The position numbers and the translations under genes are program-made. From Myxococcales bacterium (GTDB taxonomy: Bacteria; Myxococcota_A; UBA9042; JABWCM01; BTVJ01), in NCBI GenBank assembly GCA_045863395.1, contig BTVJ01000001.1, forward strand, positions 66,406-130,405: a stretch of DNA of 64,000 nt, in the 5' to 3' direction. Below, one piece after another: positions 10,125 through 18,245 of the stretch. Below the pieces are notes generated by a model that saw nothing but the letters and a program-made list of their open reading frames with translations, searched no databases and was not told where the DNA came from. Positions within the stretch are counted from its first letter, which is position 1; every line of letters starts with the position of its first letter.

Positions 10125-10688
10125 TCAACTGAGCCAGGCGAGCACGCCGAAGGCGAGAAGCCCCAGCAGCGCCGAGGCGGCCGCCAGCTTGCGGTAGGGC
10201 CGGGCCATGACGGCGATGGCTCCCCCCGAGACGAAGAGCCCGACCAGGCCGAGGGCCCACACCGCGGCGAGGAACCGAAACGCCACGCCTCCCTTGGCCT
10301 TGTGGAGCTGCACGAAGTACCGGTGGGGGGACGCCTCCAGGATCTTCAGCGTGGCTCGGGTAGGGTCCGCGGTCGGGTGGATCTGGACGTCCCGCGAGCT
10401 CCCCGTCCACTCGAAGTACTGGGAGGTGCCGCCCTTGCGAAGTCCCGCTCCGCCCGTGGGCACATCGAGTCCCCGGGCCTTGAGCTCCGCCTCTGCGAGC
10501 GCCACCAGCGCCGAGAGCTCCACGGGCAGGGGATCCCCGAGGTCGAGGGTCACCTCCATCGCCTTGTGCTCCCCTTTGACGCCCCAGGTGTAGAGGCCGC
10601 CGGTGACGGCGTACATCAGGCCCATGGGCAACAGGAAGGCCGCCAGGATCGTGTGGATCTTCGTCAGTGTCACGCGCACGCTCGCCAC
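10125..10688 (-). CDS. Hypothetical bitopic membrane protein with TM helices at both ends.
   Basis: Real part starts at GTG 10688, 10679 or 10673 (VASVRVTLTKIHTILAAFLLPMGLMYAV..) and ends ..LLGLLAFGVLAWLS. The ORF-track extension 10689..11228 is Arg/Gly junk overlapping the downstream gene in another frame. Start codon uncertain. Confidence 0.5.
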   Translation of the reverse strand: MASVRVTLTKIHTILAAFLLPMGLMYAVTGGLYTWGVKGEHKAMEVTLDLGDPLPVELSALVALAEAELKARGLDVPTGGAGLRKGGTSQYFEWTGSSRDVQIHPTADPTRATLKILEASPHRYFVQLHKAKGGVAFRFLAAVWALGLVGLFVSGGAIAVMARPYRKLAAASALLGLLAFGVLAWLS

Positions 10689-10735
10689 TCCTCGGGACAG
10701 CCGCGACCGATGCTCGGGTCCCTCGCCCCGCGCGC

Positions 10736-12451
10736 TCAGGGGTCGACGTAGATCGGGTTGGCCTCCGCCCACCGGTAGGGCCGCGCCGCTGCCTCGTCGA
10801 GCGGCGCCATGGCCCCTGCCAGGTGGAGAGGCGTGATCCAGAGCTCGAGCTGGTAGCCGCCTGCGTCCGTCAAGGGCAGCGCTGTGACGGCGCCCCACTC
10901 GTCCGTCTCCCAGGCAGCGACGGGGGCCTGGTCGGGCAGGAGGCGCCAGAGAACGGTGTGCAGCTCCGCTCCCCCGACGTCCAGGTCGGCCCACCGGTTC
11001 TGCGCCCCGGGAATCGGAGCGGCCGGCAGGCGCACCCAGAGCACCGGCGCGTCTGCGAGGCTCACCCGACCGCCCACCTCCGTGGGCCCGGCGGCGGTCA
11101 TCGCGACGACGTCGAGGCCCTCCGGCTCGCCGAACAAGTTCCACACGGTGATGTTCCGCCCCGCCAGGAGGGCCTCGGTCTCGGCGCCGGGAGACACGCC
11201 GGTCACCAGCAGCCGGTTGTGCAGCCAACCGAAGATGCGATCATAGGAGTCGAGGCGGTCGCCGTCCTCCATGATCACGGGCCCTCCCTTCTTCAGGGTC
11301 GCGACCAGGTTGGGGAACGCGGCCTCCAGCAGACCGCACAGGCTCTCGTACTCTCCGCCGGGATCACAGTACCCGCTGAGATCCACGTTCTCGTGGACGT
11401 CGTGGCCGACGACGCCCGCGATGGGGCGCTGCGCCGCTACGGCCCGCCACTTGGCCATCCCTGGCTCCGGGAACACGTCGAGCATGACCAACCCGACCAG
11501 GTCCGGGTCTGGCCCCCCGGGGGCCGGGTCCACGAACGCCTCGAGCTCGAAGAGGCGCTCCGGCGCATCCGAGAGCACCGCGTTGAAGTTCGCGTGGAAG
11601 TTGTACATCTCCATGCCGTCGAGCGGCAGCGCCGCGATGGTCTCCGCCGAGAGCTCGTCCTCTTCGCTGTGGGCGATGAGGGCGACGCCCCCTGCCTGGT
11701 GGATGGCATCGACGACGGCGGCGCGCTGCTCCTCGGGCGTCTCGTCCTTCAGCGGCACCTTCTCGAGGGCCGCGGGGTCCAGGTGGCGCTGGAGGGCCAC
11801 CGGCATGGTGTGCGTGCCCTCGAACCCGACCCGCAGCACGGCCGGGCGGGTCCCTGCCCCGTCGGGGCAGGCCAGCACGTTGGCGATGGGCGTCCCGTCG
11901 TCGCCGAGCACCAGCGCGTCGCCGGACTCCGGGTGCTCGTGGAGCAGCTCCACGAACGGGTAGTCGCTCATGTGCGCCGGGTGGTCCGTCAGCAGCATGA
12001 AGTCGAAGCCCGTCGCACAGACGGCCGCCCGGAGCCGGGCGACGCACGCGGCGTCCATCACGCCTCCCTCGATGCCGTGCCCATCGCACGCGTCGTGGCT
12101 GAACGCCGAGTGGACGTGGATGGCGGTGCGCGCGGCAACCAAGCCCCGCTCGGCGAGGAGCGGCGGAGCGGGGCCGAGGTCGACCGTGTCCGCGGCGTCA
12201 ACGCCGTCAGCGCCGTCGCTCCCATCAGGGCCGCCGGCGCCGTCCACCGCTCCGGAGCCGTCTGCCGGTACCGTCCCGTCGCTCACCCCATCGGTCGCGA
12301 CCTCGTCCGGGGTCGGGGTGTCGCCGGCCGGGGCCCCGGTGTCCGCGGACACCTCCGCTGCGTGCAGGTCTGTAGCCCCCACCGGGCCGCCGTTGGACCC
12401 GGCGCAAGCCGCCACCCCTCCCCACGCCACGACCACCCAGCCGAACTTCAT
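10736..12451 (-). CDS. Secreted lipoprotein, PHP-domain-like metal-dependent phosphoesterase.
   Basis: 571 aa. Signal/lipobox MKFGWVVVAWGGVAACAGS, followed by a low-complexity Asp/Gly/Ala linker. Motif IHVHSAFSHDACDG matches the PHP N-terminal HxHxxxSxDG metal site. Confidence 0.6.
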   Translation of the reverse strand: MKFGWVVVAWGGVAACAGSNGGPVGATDLHAAEVSADTGAPAGDTPTPDEVATDGVSDGTVPADGSGAVDGAGGPDGSDGADGVDAADTVDLGPAPPLLAERGLVAARTAIHVHSAFSHDACDGHGIEGGVMDAACVARLRAAVCATGFDFMLLTDHPAHMSDYPFVELLHEHPESGDALVLGDDGTPIANVLACPDGAGTRPAVLRVGFEGTHTMPVALQRHLDPAALEKVPLKDETPEEQRAAVVDAIHQAGGVALIAHSEEDELSAETIAALPLDGMEMYNFHANFNAVLSDAPERLFELEAFVDPAPGGPDPDLVGLVMLDVFPEPGMAKWRAVAAQRPIAGVVGHDVHENVDLSGYCDPGGEYESLCGLLEAAFPNLVATLKKGGPVIMEDGDRLDSYDRIFGWLHNRLLVTGVSPGAETEALLAGRNITVWNLFGEPEGLDVVAMTAAGPTEVGGRVSLADAPVLWVRLPAAPIPGAQNRWADLDVGGAELHTVLWRLLPDQAPVAAWETDEWGAVTALPLTDAGGYQLELWITPLHLAGAMAPLDEAAARPYRWAEANPIYVDP

Positions 12452-12612
12452 GGTTCACCGCCATACGCAGGGTCGCCACTCTGCCACGGCGAGTGGAGGC
12501 GCGCAAACACGGGATCCCCACAGGTCGAGGCCGGCACGACGAGCTTCCGGGGAGCGACCACCTGTCGCGTCTCACCCAGGTGGTGTACCCTCCCGCGACG
12601 GAGGCCCAACCC

Positions 12613-13251
12613 GTGAACCGTCTGTTCCCGCTCGTCGCGCTCACCCTGCTGTCCGGCTGCCCGTCGCCGGCCATGAACCTCACCCGCGCCCGATCCGCCG
12701 GACCGGGCGCCATCGAGGTGCTGCCCTTCGTCGCGGTGGTCGCCGGAAAGGCGGAGCGGGCTGACCGGGAGGGCGTCATCGAGGGGTTCGGCCTGGACGG
12801 TGGCGTCGGGGCACGGTTCGGGCTCACGGAGTGGCTGGAGCTCGGACTCATGGCCAGCGCCGCCGAGGCCGGCTACGTCCGCTTCGACACCAAGCTGACC
12901 TTCGTCGACACCCCGGACTTCGCCATGGCGGTAGCCCCCGGCGTGGCGAGCCACATCCAGCTCTCGCTGGACGGGGACCCGGCCGTCGAGCTGCGCGCGC
13001 CGCTCCTCGTGGACGTGGAGCTGGGCCGAGGGATCGCCCTTGTGCTGGGTCCGTCCTACCTCGCCAACCTGTACGTGGCCCCGAACGGAGACACGACGTG
13101 GGAGCACTGGGTGGGCGCGAGCATCGGCGTCGACATCCCCTTCGGCAAGGGCGTGCGCCTGCTGCCCGAGGTGTCCATGCCGTTCCCCCTGGACTCCCGG
13201 TGGGACGCCATCGCGGTCACCATCGCCTTCGCGCCGGTCATCGAGCTGTAG
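12613..13251 (+). CDS. Hypothetical lipoprotein.
   Basis: GTG 12613 with GGAGG 10 nt upstream. N-terminus VNRLFPLVALTLLSGC (lipobox). The upstream part of ORF-track entry 12493..13251 has no signal peptide and is probably not translated. Confidence 0.5.
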   Translation: MNRLFPLVALTLLSGCPSPAMNLTRARSAGPGAIEVLPFVAVVAGKAERADREGVIEGFGLDGGVGARFGLTEWLELGLMASAAEAGYVRFDTKLTFVDTPDFAMAVAPGVASHIQLSLDGDPAVELRAPLLVDVELGRGIALVLGPSYLANLYVAPNGDTTWEHWVGASIGVDIPFGKGVRLLPEVSMPFPLDSRWDAIAVTIAFAPVIEL

Positions 13252-14514
13252 TCAGGGCGCGGCGTAGGTGCCCTCGGGGTAGATCAGGTGCTTCGCCCGC
13301 TTCTGCCCGAAGGCGGTCAGCTCGTCCTGCCAGCTCGCCTCGATCTTCTTCCAGGAGCGCCCCTTCCGAAGCATGGCCAGGATGTCGTCGTTGCCCCACA
13401 CCCGCCCGAACAGCTTCTCGTTCTTGACCTCGAAGTCCTTGGGGTACATGCGCTGGATGGTCGTCAACAGCACGAGCGCCGTGCGCAGCGGGCGGAACTT
13501 TCGCGGGTCGATCAGCATGAGCTGCACCCCGTGCAGGAGCTGCCCCGTCCGCTTCCCGTACCGCGGCCTGTACGTCATGGGCCGGAAGAAGACGCCGTCG
13601 AGTCCCTCGGCGTTGAGCGCGGCCGCCAGCTTCTTCGGCTCGAAGAAGGGGGCCCCCATCAGCTCGAAGGGCTGCGAGTTGCCTCCGCCCTCGTTGATGT
13701 TGGTGCCGGCGCCGCCCACCATGCCCGTGGCCACATACATATAGGCATTGAGCGTATGGGGGATGCCGGGCGAGGTCGGCACCCACTGGAGCCCGGTATC
13801 CTCCCAGCGCATCCACCGCTGCCAGCCCTCCATCTCCACCACCGTCAGGTCGCACTTCAGGCCCATCTCTTCATTATAGAAGCGCGCCAGCTCCCCCATG
13901 GTCATGCCGTGGGTCACGGGGATGGGCGCCCACCCGATGAGGCTCTTGTACTTGGGGGCGCGAATGGCCCCCTCGAACACGAGCCCCCCGTGCGGGTTCG
14001 GGCGATCGAGCACGATGACGGGCACCTTGGCGCGCCCCGCCGCGGTCATGACCTTGCCGAGCGTCGTGATGTAGGTGTAGGTGCGAGACCCGATGTCCTG
14101 GATGTCGAAGAGCACCACGTCCACGCGCTTGAGGGCCTCGGCGCTCGGCTCGCTGCGCTTGCCGAAGAGCCCCTCGACGGGCACCCGCGTGTCCGGGTCC
14201 ACGTAGTCGCCGCCCCCATCCCCGTTCGCCAGCGCCCCCCGCAGCCCGTGCTCCGGCGCGAAGATCTGCACGAGCTTTACCCGCTTGTCGCTGGCGATGC
14301 GGTCCACCGTCGGCGTCAGCGCCCCGTCCACGCCCGAGGCGTTGGTGACGAGCCCCACCCGCTTTCCGGCCACCAGCTCGATGCGGCTGTCGAGCAGCAC
14401 GTCGATGCCGAGCTTCACCCGAGCGTGGGCCGTGGTGCCGGCGAGGACGCCACCGATGGCAACGGTGGCGAGGAGGAGGGGCAGCGCCCCAGAGCGACGA
14501 GGTGGTGTCTTCAT
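13252..14514 (-). CDS. DUF1343 family protein, NamZ/YbbC-like exo-beta-N-acetylmuramidase.
   Basis: 420 aa with a signal peptide. Conserved N-terminal block LGIDVLL..GKRVGLVTNASGV..LVQIFAPEHGLRG is characteristic of PF07075, recalled from memory. Confidence 0.75.
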   Translation of the reverse strand: MKTPPRRSGALPLLLATVAIGGVLAGTTAHARVKLGIDVLLDSRIELVAGKRVGLVTNASGVDGALTPTVDRIASDKRVKLVQIFAPEHGLRGALANGDGGGDYVDPDTRVPVEGLFGKRSEPSAEALKRVDVVLFDIQDIGSRTYTYITTLGKVMTAAGRAKVPVIVLDRPNPHGGLVFEGAIRAPKYKSLIGWAPIPVTHGMTMGELARFYNEEMGLKCDLTVVEMEGWQRWMRWEDTGLQWVPTSPGIPHTLNAYMYVATGMVGGAGTNINEGGGNSQPFELMGAPFFEPKKLAAALNAEGLDGVFFRPMTYRPRYGKRTGQLLHGVQLMLIDPRKFRPLRTALVLLTTIQRMYPKDFEVKNEKLFGRVWGNDDILAMLRKGRSWKKIEASWQDELTAFGQKRAKHLIYPEGTYAAP

Positions 14515-14573
14515 GGGAGGGAAGTGTGGGGGGCGGGAGGGGCTACGTCAACTCCGGGACAGTCCCCAACAGC

Positions 14574-16568
14574 CTACTTGCACGCGTCCGGGCACCCATC
14601 CCCGTCGGTGTCGATGGGCGTGCCAATCAAGCACGCGAAGGCGTCGCAGAAGGCCTTGCAGCTATCGGGGCAGCCGTCGTTGTTCGTGTCGACGGCCTTG
14701 TAGCCCGGGGCGCAGTCGATGGCGAGCATGCAGTAGCACTTGTCGGGGCAGCCGTCGCCGTTGGTGTCGGTGGCCCACTGCTCCTTGGAGCAGAACAGCT
14801 CCTTGCACGCCGGCTTGCAGGCGTCGTCGCAGCCGTCGCCGTCCGAGTCGACGGGGTAGTAGCCCGGGGCGCAGTCGATGATCATGCCACACACGCAGCT
14901 CTCCAGGCAGCCGTCGCCATCCAGGTCCACGGGCAGCTTGGGCGGCTTGCAGAGCACGTTGTGGCAGGACTTCTGGCACGAGTCCGCGCAGCCGTCGCCG
15001 TTGGTGTCCACGGGGAAGTAGCCGGGCAGACAGTCGATGGCGTACTGGCACTGGCACAGGTCGTCGCAGCCGTCACCGTCCGCGTCCACGGGGACCGTCT
15101 CTTTCGAGCACTCGAGGGGCTTGCAGGCGCAACCCTCGTAGGCCTTCTTGCACGCCCCGAGATCCATGAACCCCGCGCCGCAGTCGGCCCCGGAACAAGA
15201 GCAGCCGCTCTGGCCGACGCACTCCTTGCCGTTCCAGAACCAGCCGAGGAACATGTCGCAGGCCCCGACGCCGTAGGCGTCCTGGGGCGCGCACGGGCTG
15301 ACCTTGCACTCCCCGTCGTGGGCCTTCTGGGCGCCGGCGGCGAGCCGCTCGCAGTCGTTTGGCCACGTGGTGCCCTTGCAGTCACAGACCGGCGCCCACA
15401 GCTTCGGGCAGACCTCGGGCTTCGGGACGCAGGTGCCCATGTTGTCCACGATGTCGCACGTGCCCGCCGGCATGTCGCAGAGGAGGCCCTCGGGACACAC
15501 GAACCCCGCGATGCCGCCACAGAACTGCGGCTTGCACTCGCCCTTGTAGGCGACGTTCACGCCGTTGCCCGCGGCCTCGCAACCGTTGCCGTAGGTCTTG
15601 CCGTCGCAGCCGCACACGGGGTCAAAGATCGCGATGCACGCCTCGGGGCGCGGCTGGCACTTGCCGCTGCCCTTGCAGCCATCCTTCGCGCAGTAGTCGC
15701 CCTCGGCGCAGTCCGCGTTGGACTCGCACGTGACCTCCATGCACTGCCAGGCGTCGGGCGGGATGAAGCCGCACTGCTCTTCGCAGAGGCCCAGATCGCT
15801 GCAGGTCCAGAAGTTGCCGCAGTTCATGCACTTGAGGAAGCAGCCGTTCTCGAACTCCAGGCCCGCGTCGTAGCAGTCGCAGCGCTCCTTGCAGCTCTTC
15901 TTGCAGGTGTCGTTGCAGCCGTCACCGTCCGAGTCCCAGGCGACGAAGCCAGCCGCGCACTTGATGGCGATGTCGCAGCAGGCCCCGTCGTGGTTCATGG
16001 ACACCCCGGCCGCCTTCATGTCGCACTCGTTCGAGTAGGTCTTGCCGTCGCAGCCGCACACAGGGTCCCACACGTCGGGGCAGGCCTGGGGAGGCTTGAC
16101 GCAGGTGCCCTGCATGTCGGCCCAGGAGCAGGTGCCCGGCGGATAGAGACAGAACGAGCCTCTGGGGCAGCCGACGCCAGCGATGCCGCCGCACTTGGGC
16201 ACGCACTTGCCATCGTGGTTCTTGCCGACCCCCGCCTTCAGGCGCTGGCAGTCATTGGCGTAGGTCTTGCCGTCGCAGCCGCAGACGGGCGCGCTCACGC
16301 GCGGGCACTCCGTCGGGGGCGTGACGCACTTGCCCCACCCACCCGGATTGCCGCATTGACCCGCGTGCCGCTCGCAGAGGCTCCCCTTCGGGCACTGCAG
16401 CTCCTTGGGTCCGCCGCAGAGCAGCGTCGCCTCCCCCTCCACCGTGGCGAGCTCGTTCGATCCCCCGAGCGTTCCCCGGCCGTCGCTCGGTGCGCCCACC
16501 TCGGCGCACGCGGCCAGCGCAAGCGCCGCGACAAACAGCGGCGCCCACAGCGGGTGCATCCTGATCAT
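14574..16568 (-). CDS. Secreted multi-Kazal-domain lipoprotein (putative serine-protease inhibitor) with C-terminal tandem Cys repeats.
   Basis: ATG 16568 with GGAGG 7 nt upstream. Lipobox LALAACAEV. At least five Kazal signatures: CPRVSAPVCGCDGKTYANDC, CPDVWDPVCGCDGKTYSNEC, CIAIFDPVCGCDGKTYGNGC, CPKLWAPVCDCKGTTWPNDC and others. C-terminus carries about six copies of IDCAPGYxxVDTxGDGCxDxCK. Confidence 0.8.
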   Translation of the reverse strand: MIRMHPLWAPLFVAALALAACAEVGAPSDGRGTLGGSNELATVEGEATLLCGGPKELQCPKGSLCERHAGQCGNPGGWGKCVTPPTECPRVSAPVCGCDGKTYANDCQRLKAGVGKNHDGKCVPKCGGIAGVGCPRGSFCLYPPGTCSWADMQGTCVKPPQACPDVWDPVCGCDGKTYSNECDMKAAGVSMNHDGACCDIAIKCAAGFVAWDSDGDGCNDTCKKSCKERCDCYDAGLEFENGCFLKCMNCGNFWTCSDLGLCEEQCGFIPPDAWQCMEVTCESNADCAEGDYCAKDGCKGSGKCQPRPEACIAIFDPVCGCDGKTYGNGCEAAGNGVNVAYKGECKPQFCGGIAGFVCPEGLLCDMPAGTCDIVDNMGTCVPKPEVCPKLWAPVCDCKGTTWPNDCERLAAGAQKAHDGECKVSPCAPQDAYGVGACDMFLGWFWNGKECVGQSGCSCSGADCGAGFMDLGACKKAYEGCACKPLECSKETVPVDADGDGCDDLCQCQYAIDCLPGYFPVDTNGDGCADSCQKSCHNVLCKPPKLPVDLDGDGCLESCVCGMIIDCAPGYYPVDSDGDGCDDACKPACKELFCSKEQWATDTNGDGCPDKCYCMLAIDCAPGYKAVDTNNDGCPDSCKAFCDAFACLIGTPIDTDGDGCPDACK

Positions 16569-16723
16569 GATCCTTCCTCCTTGCGATTGCGGGTCTCAGC
16601 CACCCCGTCCCTTCCGCACGCGGCTCCACCTCGTCGAGGGATCTCTCCATCACCGGGGAATTTTCGCGCGCCGATGCCACCGTACTCCCGACCGGCGCGG
16701 CGCACAACGGGGAGCCAGCCGGA

Positions 16724-18112
16724 CTACAGCGTGAACACCAAGTAGTACAGGATCTTGAGCATGACGCTGTCCGCCTGCTCGTCGTTGTGGAAGGTCGTGT
16801 AGACGAGGCGCCCCGCCCCGGGCTGGGGCTGGTGGGAGAGCACCACGGGCTGGATCAGCGTGAAGTAGTCCTTGAAGGGCGCGGGGTCCTCGAACTTCAC
16901 CGCCGCGGACACATGCACCGCGCTGCCGGGCCCCGGAGCCTCCACGGCGATGAGCGGACCCGGGCCGTACTTGGCGGTGAACGTCCCGACCCCGACGTAC
17001 TCGGACAGCTTCGGGTCGAGGATCGTGCACGGGATCGAGACGTTGGACGCCGCCTGCTGCGGTCCGTCGTTCGCCATGGGCGTCTTTGGCAGGTCCACCG
17101 AGCCGTAGAAGTCGAAGGCGTCGGGGAAGGCCGCCTCCAGGTAGGCCCACGCCAGGTCCGACGCATACAGGGAGCCCCCGCCAAGCACGAACTCCCGCAG
17201 GTTGTCCGCGATCTCCGGGTAGGAGTGCACGTACTTCAGCGGGGCGCTGCCACAGTTGAAGAACAGGACCTTGTACTGCGCCAGCAGCGCCGGGTCACGC
17301 AGCACCTGGACCGCCTCGATGTCGTCCGGGTCGACGTCGTTGAAGTACTCCCACTCGAACTCATAGTACGTGAAGTCGAACCCGAGCTGGTCGAGCAGCT
17401 CGTGCTGGTGGTCCCACTGGCCCCAGAACACCGCGATGGGTACGGCGTTGGCCTTGAAGCACTGCTTCTTGCCGACCCCCGAGAGGTCCGTCGTCTTCCC
17501 CGTCTTCACGTCGATGGTGTACTGGTTGGTGAAGGATCCCGCACTTACGTACACCTTGTGGAGGCCACAGGGCACCTCGGGGAACCAGTAGCTCCCGTCG
17601 GGCCCGGACCAGGTCTCCAAGGTTGCGGGCAGGCCGTCGCAGCCGATGACGCTGACCGTCACGTGGGCGTTCCCCACGTAGACCTGCTCACTCGGCGCGC
17701 AGATGATGCCCTTGACCGAGCCGGTGCCACAGGGAGTGCAGGACTCCGAGTGGCCGGTGTCGGGCGCTGCATCCTGCGTGTCCGCCGACGTCCCCGCGTC
17801 CAAGGCAGCGTCGTGGCTCGCTCCATCTGGTTGAGCGTCTGCCGCGGCGGCGTCAATGGTGGTGCTGCTCCCGGAGTTGGACGAGCCAGCGCCGTCGGCT
17901 GCCTCGAACCCGGGCGTGCACGGCCCGCAGTCGGCCCACCCGGAGCCGTCCTCGTTGCAGGTCTGAGTGCCCACTTGCCCGCCGGCGCAGGGACAGCTCA
18001 CCACCCTCCCCGCCTCGCAGACCGCCCCCCCGGAGTCTGCACCGGAACTGCAGCTCGCTGCCAGAAGGCCGCAGACCAGCGCTCCAAGAGCCCCATTGGA
18101 TGTCCTCCGCAT
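16724..18112 (-). CDS. Hypothetical secreted lipoprotein: Cys-rich N-terminus, carboxypeptidase-regulatory-like middle, unknown C-terminal domain.
   Basis: 462 aa. Lipobox LLAASCSSG. Middle segment HVTVSVIGCDGLPATLETWSGPDGSYWF. Confidence 0.6.
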   Translation of the reverse strand: MRRTSNGALGALVCGLLAASCSSGADSGGAVCEAGRVVSCPCAGGQVGTQTCNEDGSGWADCGPCTPGFEAADGAGSSNSGSSTTIDAAAADAQPDGASHDAALDAGTSADTQDAAPDTGHSESCTPCGTGSVKGIICAPSEQVYVGNAHVTVSVIGCDGLPATLETWSGPDGSYWFPEVPCGLHKVYVSAGSFTNQYTIDVKTGKTTDLSGVGKKQCFKANAVPIAVFWGQWDHQHELLDQLGFDFTYYEFEWEYFNDVDPDDIEAVQVLRDPALLAQYKVLFFNCGSAPLKYVHSYPEIADNLREFVLGGGSLYASDLAWAYLEAAFPDAFDFYGSVDLPKTPMANDGPQQAASNVSIPCTILDPKLSEYVGVGTFTAKYGPGPLIAVEAPGPGSAVHVSAAVKFEDPAPFKDYFTLIQPVVLSHQPQPGAGRLVYTTFHNDEQADSVMLKILYYLVFTL

Positions 18113-18245
18113 CGGGCGAGGCTAACTGTCCGAGGCCCTGTCCGTCAACGTCGCAGAACGCCTTGACACGCATGGGGCGCGGGAACAGGATGTCGGCCGC
18201 CGCCCCCGGAACGGCCCACGGCCAGGGGTCCGGCCCAGGAGCCGC

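Noticed and set aside
18163-18191. Putative sigma70 promoter (TTGACA 18163..18168) upstream of dabA
   Set aside because: No convincing -10 hexamer at the right spacing. Reported only as a weak possibility.
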